Counted from the stretch's first letter, positions 28,771 through 37,906 are shown. The stretch: 64,000 nucleotides of DNA from an uncultured delta proteobacterium (GCA_963745035.1 CAVUVW010000013.1:544001-608000), one strand, 5' to 3'. Numbers and translations are program-made. Notes: a model not told the origin generated them from the sequence alone.

Positions 28771-29814
28771 TTAGTCCCGAATTAGTTTCGTGACCGATCT
28801 CGTCGAACCGCCTTCCGGCGTGCTCTGTCCCCAGACGTGAATGTATTGCGACTGCGAGCCGTCGCCGCCGGCGACGACCACGAGAATATCTTCCGGTTTA
28901 TCGGTCACCGGGATCACGCTGTCGCGGGTGAGTTTCAGATCGCTGCGCCGTTTGACCCGCTGGTCAAAAGTTTCGTCCGGAAGATCCTTCATGCGATAGG
29001 CTGCGCGCTCCCATATAAATTTCTGAACATCTTTTTTGCTGAATCCGTCGTCCGCGATGATCTTGGCATGCTCCGGGCAAATCACCATGATGGCCTCGGG
29101 GCCGGAGGGTCCATCCATCTTCTGGGCGAAATTGATGAGCACGCCCTCCGCCTTGCTGCTGTCAAGATCCGAAGCTCGGATGGAAGCGTCCGCGCTGATC
29201 GCCGTCACCGTGCTTTGCTCCTTCTTGAAGCCGCGCTCCACGTGCAGCGGCTCCCACGGGCTCGCTTCCTCGTTCTCGCCGACACAGATCGAATATTTTC
29301 CCGGCCAGCCGAGTGTGGCCTTGCACGTCGTACCGGGATACGAGCCGCCGATATTGCGCTTCACCAGTTGCACGAAGCGGCCGATCGTCGCATTGGCGCG
29401 CCACCCTTCGCCCAAAGCGTTAGACCCGCCATTGATGTCGATGGTCTTTCGGATCGGACCGTTGACGATGATCATCACCGCCGGCCCGCCGGTGGTTGCT
29501 TGCAATGCATAAAGATTAAGCTTGGGATCGGTGATCGCCTCCACCGCGGCGATCAGCACCGGCATGTATTCGGGCTTGCAGCCCGCCATCACACCGTTGA
29601 TGGCGATTTTCTCGACAGTTGCCTGCGCCCAGCGCGGCGGCACCGCGCCGATAACATCCTGCGGATCGCGCTTGGTGGCGGCGAGCATCTGGCCGACCCG
29701 CTCTTCGGTCGGTGGAATGATCGGCAAGCCGTCGGACCAGCCCTTTTCTTCAAAGAAAGTCTGCGCCGCCCAGATATCGTCCGGTATCTCGAATCGCTCC
29801 GCTTGGAGTGCCAT
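28771..29814 (-). CDS. Conserved partner protein of the UGSC selenoprotein (copy 2), function unknown
   Basis: GWSDGLPIIPPTEERV, KIAINGVMAGCKPEY, QATTG, RANATIGR, TLGWPGKY, ENEEASPWEPLHVERGF and CPEHA. Confidence 0.88.
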   Translation of the reverse strand: MALQAERFEIPDDIWAAQTFFEEKGWSDGLPIIPPTEERVGQMLAATKRDPQDVIGAVPPRWAQATVEKIAINGVMAGCKPEYMPVLIAAVEAITDPKLNLYALQATTGGPAVMIIVNGPIRKTIDINGGSNALGEGWRANATIGRFVQLVKRNIGGSYPGTTCKATLGWPGKYSICVGENEEASPWEPLHVERGFKKEQSTVTAISADASIRASDLDSSKAEGVLINFAQKMDGPSGPEAIMVICPEHAKIIADDGFSKKDVQKFIWERAAYRMKDLPDETFDQRVKRRSDLKLTRDSVIPVTDKPEDILVVVAGGDGSQSQYIHVWGQSTPEGGSTRSVTKLIRD

Positions 29815-29831
29815 GTTTCCGTCCTCGAGGC

Positions 29832-29869
29832 AAAAAAAATCCCCGCCGAACGTTCTCGTCCGGCGGGGA
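29832..29869 (-). terminator. Intrinsic terminator between the UGSC selenoprotein gene and its partner gene
   Basis: Minus strand TCCCCGCCGGAC-GAGAAC-GTTCGGCGGGGA followed by T8. Confidence 0.8.
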
Positions 29870-29880
29870 AGACGTAAATA

Positions 29881-30435
29881 TTACGTTCCAGTAGCTGCCC
29901 GGCGCGCTTGCGGCTCGAGCAGGATATCAACGAGCTTGGCAAACGCCGCGTCCGCGCGCTTGTTGACATCCTCCACCTTCACCGTGCCGATCGGATGCTG
30001 CACGACCAGCACCGGATGATCCGGCGCGCCGAAAGCCTCCTTCTCGGACTTTGCCAGCGCGTCAAAGGCGTGGGTGATCAACGTCACCGCAAAGCGGCCG
30101 CGCTTTTGTAATTCGATCGAGTCGTGGACACTCCACGACGTGCACGAGCCTCAATCTCCCAGGCCGCTCAGGACGAAATCCGCCTGGGCCGCCAACTCGT
30201 CCAGATATTCCTTCGGCGCGCCTTGCTGCGCCGTCAGCTTGCGCCGCGAAATCACTTTGGCGACGCCGTACTCTTTTTTGAGCAGGTCCGCGAAACGCTC
30301 CGCCAGCTTATCCGCATTGGGCTTGCTGTTATCGAGCAGGCCGACCACTTTACCGTGCAGATCCTGGAAGCGCGGCACAGCGGCGACCTTGGCGGCCGAT
30401 GTCTGCGCCTTTCCCTCCGGACTGAGAACAATCAT
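29881..30435 (-). CDS. UGSC-family selenoprotein (copy 2), 184 aa with Sec95 at TGA 30151-30153
   Basis: ORFs 30151-30435 and 29881-30087 share a frame; read-through gives DFVLSGLGD-U-GSCTSWSVHDSIELQKRGRFAVTLITHAF...VVQHPIG; AAGGAGG RBS. Confidence 0.9.
30121..30139 (-). promoter_or_regulatory. Bacterial SECIS-like hairpin (copy 2)
   Basis: GUCGUGGA-GUG-UCCACGAC starting 11 nt after the UGA; identical to copy 1. Confidence 0.8.
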
Positions 30436-30509
30436 TCATGCCTCCTTAAACTTGAAGCCAAACAAACCTATCCCCTTTCCACCACGTCTCCTTCGAAAAT
30501 AGGAGTGAA

Positions 30510-30633
30510 GAAAGATCTCTCACTTCGTTCGAGATGACAGAGACTTGTACCGCATTGTCATTTCGAGCGGATGCGAGAAATCTTTCCTTGGCGGCCCTCA
30601 CCCATTCCTTCTCCCGCAGAGCGGGCGAAGGGC
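30510..30633. repeat. REP-like pair (AGATCTCTCACTTCGTTCGAGATGACA / TGTCATTTCGAGCGGATGCGAGAAATCT) plus a CCCTCACCC-type REP
   Basis: Near-identical to 12746-12818; the second unit at 30594-30633 resembles 28663-28698. Confidence 0.75.
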
Positions 30634-31721
30634 TACAACCCGTAAAATGCCTTCGGGTTGTCATAAAGAATCTTCTGCACGGCCGCCTGGGGAATGTCCC
30701 CTTTGTCCGCTCGCGCTTGAAGTTCCTTGCGAAATTCGAGCTCCATCGATGGATCGCGATGCGTGTAGTCCGATCCCACCATCAGATTATTTTCGCCGAC
30801 GGTTTTGATGATATACGGAAGGTCTTCGTCGACCTGGCACGTGATATAGATGCGGTTCTCCTCGAACACATTCTGAGGCAGCTCGATCAGCGGGACACCG
30901 AGCACGCTGGTGCTCTCGCGTCCCTGCTGGCGCAACTGCTGGCGCCGCAGATCGTAGGCCACGAACGGCGCCCACATGGAACCCGCCTCGATACAGCCGA
31001 AGCGAAGCTTGGGAAACTTTGCCGGAACCTTGTGCAGAATAAGCCCGAGCACACCGTTGATCGCCGCGCCCTTCGTGCGCATGAATTGGCCGTGCGAAAA
31101 CTCCCGCGCGGGTGAGAAGTCCGGCACACCCGAACCGGTGTGGATACAGATCGGCAAATCGAGTTTCTCGGCTTCGGCATAGAAAGGTTCAAAGTACGGA
31201 TCGGCCGGATATTTGCCCGCCTCGCGATCGCCCTTCTTCAATACACCGCAGGCGCCATGATCTTTGGCCCAGCGTATTTCCGCCAGGGCGTCCTCCATAC
31301 TTTGCAGCGGCGGCATGCAAACCCAGCGCAGCCGTCCGCCCGATTCGGCGCAGCGGTCGCCCAGCCAGCGGTTGTAACTGCGCCGCATGGCCGCGTTGAT
31401 CTCCGGCTTTTCCGTCGCTTCCATCAGGAAGAGCGTGGGATAAATCACTTGTATGTCCGTGCCCAACTCATCCATGTGCTTCAGGCGCGCCTTGACATCG
31501 AGCAGCTCGCGCGTTTCCACGGTCGTGCCTGAATCCTTGTCGCTGCGAACAAAGCGAATCTGACGTTTGCCGTCGATCACCCAGTAGCGCGCCGGCGGCA
31601 GCTTCGGATCAGGATTGGACGGAAAAGCAGTCGACGGCTTAAAAGGCGCGTCGGCGTCCGGCATATACTCCCAGGTGGCGTCGGTTTCATCGATATGTGT
31701 GTCTGCGTCGATAATTCCCAC
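30633..31721 (-). CDS. Amidohydrolase-2 family protein
   Basis: IIDADTH, QVIYPT, SYNRW, CIHTG, IEAG and GSDYTHRD. Confidence 0.9.
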   Translation of the reverse strand: MGIIDADTHIDETDATWEYMPDADAPFKPSTAFPSNPDPKLPPARYWVIDGKRQIRFVRSDKDSGTTVETRELLDVKARLKHMDELGTDIQVIYPTLFLMEATEKPEINAAMRRSYNRWLGDRCAESGGRLRWVCMPPLQSMEDALAEIRWAKDHGACGVLKKGDREAGKYPADPYFEPFYAEAEKLDLPICIHTGSGVPDFSPAREFSHGQFMRTKGAAINGVLGLILHKVPAKFPKLRFGCIEAGSMWAPFVAYDLRRQQLRQQGRESTSVLGVPLIELPQNVFEENRIYITCQVDEDLPYIIKTVGENNLMVGSDYTHRDPSMELEFRKELQARADKGDIPQAAVQKILYDNPKAFYGL

Positions 31722-31951
31722 TGCAATTTCTCCTTAATATGATCTTCATTCGCGGCGCATCTTCCTGTTTCTTAATACAAACCCGCGGTGCGGTCAAAAC
31801 CTCGAGCCGGCACAGACGGTGAATTCAGCAGGAACGATGTAAATGGACGTCAACGCATCGTCGCACGAGTTCGATCTTCGGCATCATCGAAATCGGCGAG
31901 ATACACCCGGCGCAGAACTGCCGTTTGGAGACGACGCGCCCGTTGCGGTTG

Positions 31952-33610
31952 CTAATCGCCGCCCTGCAGCGGTTTTCCGGAAAGCTCGGTCAGCGTCGCG
32001 CCGGGAGTGACGAACTCCAAATCGGTCGTGACTTCGATCAGCGCCGAGCGTTTCGCCGCCATCGCCTGGCGCAGCGCCGGCAAAAATTCTTCATCGCGCG
32101 TCACCTTCAAGCCGAGCGCGCCGTAGGCGGAGCCCAGCCCGGCGAAATCCGGGTTTACCAAGTCGTTGCCGTACTGGCGTCCGGGATACTGCGCTTCCTG
32201 GTGCATGCGGATCGAATTGTAGCCTTCATTGTTGTACACGATCGTGATGATGTCGGCGCCGTACTGCTTGGCCGTCGCCATTTCCTGGCCGGTCATCAGA
32301 AACCCGCCGTCGCCCGCGTGCGCCACCACCAATCGATCGGGATGGGCGAGCTTCGCCGCCACCGCCGACGGCACTCCCGGCCCCATGCAGCCGAGAGCGG
32401 GCGAGATGTACGAATCGGCGTAGTCGAATTCCAAAAAGCGCTGGTGCCACTGGCCGAAGCTTCCCGCATCGGTCGTCGTAATCGCATCGGCCGGCAGCGC
32501 GGCTTTGAGATCGGTCATCACGCGCTCCATCGACACGCGCCGTGTCGGCCGCTCGGCCGGCGTACTGTAGCGCTTTTGCGCGGCGTGATGCTCCGCCACC
32601 CATCCTGCCCGGTTCTCGTTCGGCCGCGGCCCTTGTAACTTGAGGGCGGCCGCGAGCGCCGCCTTGGCATCGGCGACGATGCCGGTGTCGGGACGCAAGT
32701 TCTGACCGATGGTTTGCTCGTCGGGATAAATTTGGATAAACGGCTGGCCGGGCCGTGGAAAGGCGAAAGACGCCGTGGTTTGCTGATTCAAGCGGCTGCC
32801 GATCACGACGACGAGATCGGCCTCGTTGGCTACGAGATTTCGCGTGTGCTTGTTCGCGTTCGCCAGGTTGCCGATGTAGTTCGGATGGCTGTTGGGAAAT
32901 GCGTCCTGGCGTTTGTAGCTGGTAAGCACGGGAATCTGAAACTTCTCCGAGAAATCGATCAGCTCCTGCCGCGCGTTCGAATATTGCGTGCCCGAGCCGG
33001 CGATCAGCACCGGCTTCTTCGCCGCATTGATGCGATCGATCATCTCTTCGATCGACTTCGGATCGGGACTGGGCCGGAGCGGCGGATACGGATCGATCAT
33101 CGAGATCTGCGCGTCTTCTTCGAGCATGTCGCGCGGCAAGGAGACGACCACCGGGCCGGGGCGGCCGCTGCGCGCGATGTGAAAGGCGCGCGCCATGGTG
33201 CGCGGAATCTGCTTGGCGTCGTTGATCTCGATCACCCACTTGGCGAGGGTGCCGAAGAAGTGCGTGTAGTCGATTTCCTGTCCCGCCTCCCGGCCCCGAG
33301 CCGAGCGGCCCACCTGTCCCACCAGCAAAACCAGCGGCACGGAATCGTATTTCGCGCTGTGCACCGCGATGCTCGCATTGGTCGCTCCGGGCCCGCGGGT
33401 GACGATGCAGACGCCCGGTGTGCGCGTGGCCTTGGCGTAGCCTTCCGCCATGAAACATGCGCCGCCTTCCTGGCGGTTGGTGATCAGTTGGATTTCCCCC
33501 GTGTCGCAAAGCCCGTCGAGCACCGCGACGTAACTTTCCCCCGGCACACAGAAAACGTGCCGCACACCCTCATTGCGCAGACACTGCGCCACTGCATGAC
33601 CGGCAATCAT
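31952..33610 (-). CDS. Thiamine-diphosphate-dependent enzyme (acetolactate synthase-like)
   Basis: FCVPGESY, RQEGGA, TRGPGATN and the GDGGF...NN ThDP motif. Confidence 0.92.
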   Translation of the reverse strand: MIAGHAVAQCLRNEGVRHVFCVPGESYVAVLDGLCDTGEIQLITNRQEGGACFMAEGYAKATRTPGVCIVTRGPGATNASIAVHSAKYDSVPLVLLVGQVGRSARGREAGQEIDYTHFFGTLAKWVIEINDAKQIPRTMARAFHIARSGRPGPVVVSLPRDMLEEDAQISMIDPYPPLRPSPDPKSIEEMIDRINAAKKPVLIAGSGTQYSNARQELIDFSEKFQIPVLTSYKRQDAFPNSHPNYIGNLANANKHTRNLVANEADLVVVIGSRLNQQTTASFAFPRPGQPFIQIYPDEQTIGQNLRPDTGIVADAKAALAAALKLQGPRPNENRAGWVAEHHAAQKRYSTPAERPTRRVSMERVMTDLKAALPADAITTTDAGSFGQWHQRFLEFDYADSYISPALGCMGPGVPSAVAAKLAHPDRLVVAHAGDGGFLMTGQEMATAKQYGADIITIVYNNEGYNSIRMHQEAQYPGRQYGNDLVNPDFAGLGSAYGALGLKVTRDEEFLPALRQAMAAKRSALIEVTTDLEFVTPGATLTELSGKPLQGGD

Positions 33611-33784
33611 GATCTTCCTCCAAGCGTTGTTTTTTCGCGCGACTCTCTGTCGTATAACGCCCGCCTGCTCCCGCTGTCAATGTCGCTCCGAGCAAACTTT
33701 TCAACCGTTGCCCGTTGCCTTCTCCACCATTGACAGCCTCGAATCACTGGTGCTAACCCGAAGTAGAAGACGAGGAACACAAAC

Positions 33785-34897
33785 ATGACCGGAATCATCG
33801 ACGCCGACACGCACATCGCCGAATCGGAAAGCATGTGGAGCCTGATCGACGAGATCATGTACCACCGCCGTCCCGTGATGCTCTCGGTGCCGGACGACAC
33901 GCTTTACCGCGACTTCAACGTTGTCTGGCTCATCGACGGAAATATTTTTCCCAAAGCCGCGGGCAAGGGCGGCTTTCGCCTGATCACGCCGGCGGCCTCG
34001 ATGCGCGAAACGGGACGGACCGACATCCATCGCGTCAGCCGGGAAATCAGCGACGTCGATGCGCGCCTGGCCGACATGGACAAGGCCGGCGTCGCCGCGC
34101 AGGTAATCTATCCCACATTGTTTCTCGTCCAAGTAACCGACGATCCTGCTTTGGAAGCGGCGCTCTGCGCCGCCTACAACAAATATCTCGCGCAGGTTTA
34201 TCGTAAGGCAAACGGGCGGCTCCGTTGGGTCGCCGTGCTGCCGCTTCATTCCGTAGACAAATCCATCGAGCAGATGCACCAAGCCAAGCAAGACGGCGCC
34301 GTCGGATTGTTCTTCAGCGGCATCGTCGGATCATTGACCCTCAACAATCCGCACTTTCATCCGATCTACGCCGAAGCCGAAAAGCTCGGCCTGCCGATCT
34401 GCGTTCACACGGGACAAAGCTGCCGCCATCTGCTGGACTTTTTCGATTTGGAATTGAACGGAACCTTCGCCGCTTCGCAGCTCCCGCCGGTCATCGGCTT
34501 CCGCGACCTCGTGGCGAGCGAGATTCCCGAAAGATTTCCGGAGTTGAAGTTCGGCTTTCTCGAAGCCTCGGCAAGTTGGGTACCGTACCTTTATCATCAC
34601 CTGAAGCGCTCCGCCCGCCCCCGCCCGTCGTTTCCCAACGCGCGTTGGAAGCACGCCTCGTGCGAAGACCTCTTCCGCGACTACCGCATCTACGTCGCCT
34701 GCGAAGCCGACGAAGATATTCCTTATCTCGCGGAATTCATCGGCGAGGATCATTTGATGATCGGGTCCGACTACGGCCACAATGACCCGGCGGAAGAGAA
34801 ATTGTTAGTGCAAACGATGCGATCGCGCGAAGATCTTTCACCAGAATTGGTCGATAAAATTCTGATCCACAATCCCAAGGAGTTCTATTCGCTGTAA
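33785..34897 (+). CDS. Amidohydrolase-2 family protein
   Basis: IIDADTH, QVIYPT, AYN, CVHTG, LEAS and GSDYGHND; TTGACA upstream at 33730. Confidence 0.9.
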   Translation: MTGIIDADTHIAESESMWSLIDEIMYHRRPVMLSVPDDTLYRDFNVVWLIDGNIFPKAAGKGGFRLITPAASMRETGRTDIHRVSREISDVDARLADMDKAGVAAQVIYPTLFLVQVTDDPALEAALCAAYNKYLAQVYRKANGRLRWVAVLPLHSVDKSIEQMHQAKQDGAVGLFFSGIVGSLTLNNPHFHPIYAEAEKLGLPICVHTGQSCRHLLDFFDLELNGTFAASQLPPVIGFRDLVASEIPERFPELKFGFLEASASWVPYLYHHLKRSARPRPSFPNARWKHASCEDLFRDYRIYVACEADEDIPYLAEFIGEDHLMIGSDYGHNDPAEEKLLVQTMRSREDLSPELVDKILIHNPKEFYSL

Positions 34898-34986
34898 CGT
34901 CCGTTGTATGCAATGGCCGGTGGCGAAAGAAGCGCAAACGAAAAACGACACCCTGAATCAATGAATCTCTCTGAAAGAAAGCATTT

Positions 34987-36012
34987 ATGAGAAGGCATCT
35001 GGTGTCTTTGGCTATCGTTCTCTGGATCACCGAAGCCTCGGCGCAAAGTCCATTTTACCAGGGGAAAACAATTACGGTCGTGGCCGCCGCAAGCGCGGGG
35101 AGCGCCTACGATCTCTATGCGCGGCTGATGGCGCAGTTCATGGGCAGGCATATCCCGGGCAATCCGAGCTTCATTGTCCAGAACATGACCGGGGCGGGCT
35201 CGATCATCGGCGCCAACTACATTTACAATGTTTCCAAACCGGACGGCCTGACCATCGGCGCGATCCAGCCGTCGATCTACTTCAACCAGCTCATGAAGCA
35301 GAAGGAAGTGAAATACGATTGGGCGAAGTTTACCTGGATCGGCAGCTCGGATAAATCCGATTATCTCCTCTACATGCGCGCCGATCTTCCCTATAAGACC
35401 TTGGCCGATGTGCGTAAGGCGAAGGAGCCGCCGAAGTGCGGCTCGACAGGAGCGGGAACTTCGGGCAGCTACATGCCAAAACTGCTGGAAGAAACTCTCG
35501 GCACGAAGTTCACCATCGTCGCCGGTTATCAGGGCGGCGGCGAGATCGATCTCGCCGTCGAGCGCGGCGAGCTTCACTGTCGGGCTTTCACGATCCAGGC
35601 CTATCATTCGCGAGAGCCTTACCACACTTGGCGCAAAAAAGGCTTTGCGCGCATCCTGATGCAGACCGGTCAGACGCGCGATCCGCGGCTGGCCGATGTG
35701 CCGACGCTGCGCGAGTTGATGGACGAGCAAAAAACTCCGGAAGCCGATCGGCGAATGGTACCGATGGTTTTAGCCGCGACGGATTTCGGCAGGCCCATCA
35801 TCGCGCCGCCCGGCGTACCGGTCGACCGAATGAAAATCCTGCGCGAGGCGTTTCTTAAGACGATGAAAGATCCAGAGCTTTTGGCCGAAGCCAAAAGAAA
35901 GAACTTCGACATCACGCCGTCCTCCGGAGAGGAGCTCGAAGCGCTGGCGAAACAGGTCATGTCGCAGCCGCCGGAGATCGTGAATCGGGTTAAAATTCTG
36001 ATGGAGCAGTAG
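34987..36012 (+). CDS. Bug/TctC substrate-binding protein
   Basis: FYQGKTI, QNMTGAGS, KPDGLT and GYQGGGEIDLAVERGE. Confidence 0.9.
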   Translation: MRRHLVSLAIVLWITEASAQSPFYQGKTITVVAAASAGSAYDLYARLMAQFMGRHIPGNPSFIVQNMTGAGSIIGANYIYNVSKPDGLTIGAIQPSIYFNQLMKQKEVKYDWAKFTWIGSSDKSDYLLYMRADLPYKTLADVRKAKEPPKCGSTGAGTSGSYMPKLLEETLGTKFTIVAGYQGGGEIDLAVERGELHCRAFTIQAYHSREPYHTWRKKGFARILMQTGQTRDPRLADVPTLRELMDEQKTPEADRRMVPMVLAATDFGRPIIAPPGVPVDRMKILREAFLKTMKDPELLAEAKRKNFDITPSSGEELEALAKQVMSQPPEIVNRVKILMEQ

Positions 36013-36041
36013 GTCGCGTACCGCTCGCATCGGTGCTCGCC

Positions 36042-36071
36042 TTGACAATCGAAACCGCCTCGCCGTAATTT
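36042..36071 (+). promoter_or_regulatory. Putative sigma-70 promoter of the VOC gene
   Basis: TTGACA-N18-TAATTT, followed by AAGGAGG RBS and ATG 36111. Confidence 0.5.
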
Positions 36072-36110
36072 CGGGCAGAGCAAGTCACCAAATGACTCAA
36101 GGAGGTTTCC

Positions 36111-36506
36111 ATGTTCGATATCAAAGGAATCAGAACCTTTGCCACGAGCGCCAAGGATCTCGACAAGGCAGTGGAGTTCTATACCAAGGTGATCGGCGGC
36201 CAGATCGTGAAAAAAGTCGATCCAACCGAAGAGCAGAAAAACGCCGGCCAGGTGAAGGAAGTCGACGTGCGCCTCGGCAACTTCGAAGTGCATCTGTTCG
36301 ACGCGTCGATCAAGCCGCGCCCGGTCGATCCACACCACACGTTGAATATTCCGTGGCAGGAGCAAGAAAAGGCTTTGACAGCGCTGAAGCAGATCGGCGC
36401 CAATATCGAAAAAATACGGCCGCACCGCGACGGCGTAAGCTACTCGATCAACGTCTTCGACCCGGACGGCAATCGCTGGGAGCTATCGTTCGCGCAGGGA
36501 AACTAA
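36111..36506 (+). CDS. VOC (glyoxalase/bleomycin resistance) family protein
   Basis: DLDKAVEFYTKVIG and FDPDGNRWEL. Confidence 0.88.
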   Translation: MFDIKGIRTFATSAKDLDKAVEFYTKVIGGQIVKKVDPTEEQKNAGQVKEVDVRLGNFEVHLFDASIKPRPVDPHHTLNIPWQEQEKALTALKQIGANIEKIRPHRDGVSYSINVFDPDGNRWELSFAQGN

Positions 36507-36517
36507 CAAAATAAACT

Positions 36518-36608
36518 CGTTCAAACTGTTCAAGCCGTTCAAAACGTTCAAATCGTCCGAACCTCCGGAAACGTGTTGAACCACTTGAACGGCTTGAACG
36601 TTTTGAAC
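36518..36608. repeat. Inverted nonamer arrays (GTTCAANNN x4 / TTGAACNNN x4) between convergent genes
   Basis: gttcaaact gttcaagcc gttcaaaac gttcaaatc ... ttgaaccac ttgaacggc ttgaacgtt ttgaac. Confidence 0.8.
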
Positions 36609-36611
36609 CTC

Positions 36612-37766
36612 TTAGTTGTACTTTCTCAGCACTTCCCGAGCGATCACCATCCGCATCACCTCGGATGCGCCTTCGGTGATCATGCGGCTCCGCTGATCGA
36701 CGAACCATTTCGCCAGCGGCAAATCGAGGGTAAGGCCGATACCGCCGTGGATCTGCAGCACGCGGTCGACGACGCGGAAGGACATCTCGTCGGCGAAGAG
36801 CTTCGCCATGTACGCTTCGTTGCGGATGTCCTGTTTCTGATCGTTCTTCCACGCCGCCTGATAGACCATCAAACGGGCGGCGTGCAGCTCGACGTAGGAA
36901 TCGGCGAGCTTGAACGTGATGCCCTGCCGCTCCGATAGCGGCTTGCCGAAAGTAACTCGCTCCTTCGAGTAACGCGCGCCCATCTCGATGCAGCGCTCGG
37001 CGACGCCGAGTGCGCGCGCGCCGTGTTTTAGCCGGCCGATGCCGAGCCATTTTTGCGCCAGCTTGAAACCTTCGCCTTCCTTGCCGACGAGATTCTCCGC
37101 CGGCACCTTCATATCGTCGAAAGTGATGTGCCAGGGTTCTTCGCCCATCATTGTTTTGTAGCGCGTCACCAGATTGAGTCCCGGCGTCTTCATATCGACC
37201 ATGAAGCACGAGATGCCGCCGTGCGCGCCTTTCGCCGGATCGGTCACCGCCATCAACTGGCCGATGTCGGCGTCGCCCGCGCCGGTGATAAAACGCTTGG
37301 TGCCGTTGATGACGTAGTGATCGCCCTGGCGCACCGCGCGGGTTTTCATTGACGCGGGATCGGAGCCGGCGTCGGGCTCCGTCTGCATGAAGCAAAGCTT
37401 CTTTTCACCGCGTAGCACCGGATCCATGAAGCGCTTCTTCTGCTCCGGATTGAGCGCGTAAAGAATCGGCCGCACTTCCGGCCCGAAGATGCCCTGCCCC
37501 CGCGACGGCAGCGCCACGGTGCGCGACAGCTCTTCCCACACCAACACCTGCGCCAAGCTGCCGAGTCCGCCGCCGCCGTACTCTTCCGGCACGTCGAACA
37601 TCCAGAGCCCCATCTCTTTGGTTTTCTTTTCCAAGCGCTCGCGGATATCCGGCTTCAGTTCCATATTCTCGATCGTGTGCATCTCCACCGGAATGAGTTC
37701 CTTATCGACGAACTTCCGCACCGTGTCTTTCAGCATCTGCAGTTCTTCGGGCAAATTGAAATCCAT
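36612..37766 (-). CDS. Acyl-CoA dehydrogenase (paralog of 16555-17718)
   Basis: MDFNLPEEL, QTEPDAGSD, INGTKRFIT, QIHGGIG and ITEGASE. Confidence 0.93.
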   Translation of the reverse strand: MDFNLPEELQMLKDTVRKFVDKELIPVEMHTIENMELKPDIRERLEKKTKEMGLWMFDVPEEYGGGGLGSLAQVLVWEELSRTVALPSRGQGIFGPEVRPILYALNPEQKKRFMDPVLRGEKKLCFMQTEPDAGSDPASMKTRAVRQGDHYVINGTKRFITGAGDADIGQLMAVTDPAKGAHGGISCFMVDMKTPGLNLVTRYKTMMGEEPWHITFDDMKVPAENLVGKEGEGFKLAQKWLGIGRLKHGARALGVAERCIEMGARYSKERVTFGKPLSERQGITFKLADSYVELHAARLMVYQAAWKNDQKQDIRNEAYMAKLFADEMSFRVVDRVLQIHGGIGLTLDLPLAKWFVDQRSRMITEGASEVMRMVIAREVLRKYN

Positions 37767-37819
37767 GCTCCTCCTCCGAAACGGAACTGAGAACGTTCAA
37801 TTGCTGTGCGCGTCAAGTT

Positions 37820-37903
37820 CCCCCGTCTTCATCTTCCCCCGCGCCGCGGGGGAAGACAGAGATGGGGGCTTGAACGTTTTGAACTATTTGAGCGGTTTGA
37901 ACG
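37820..37903. repeat. REP-like hairpin plus TTGAAC nonamer array
   Basis: ccccgtcttcatcttcccccgcgccgcgggggaagacagagatggggg followed by ttgaacgtt ttgaactat ttgagcggt ttgaac. Confidence 0.7.
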
Positions 37904-37906
37904 CGT

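Noticed and set aside
30446-30664. 72 aa ORF upstream of the selenoprotein as a leader peptide
   Set aside because: It is composed almost entirely of translated REP-like repeats and overlaps the amidohydrolase stop
36518-36608. Regularly spaced repeats as a CRISPR array
   Set aside because: Units are 9 bp with no 25-40 bp unique spacers, and there are no cas genes
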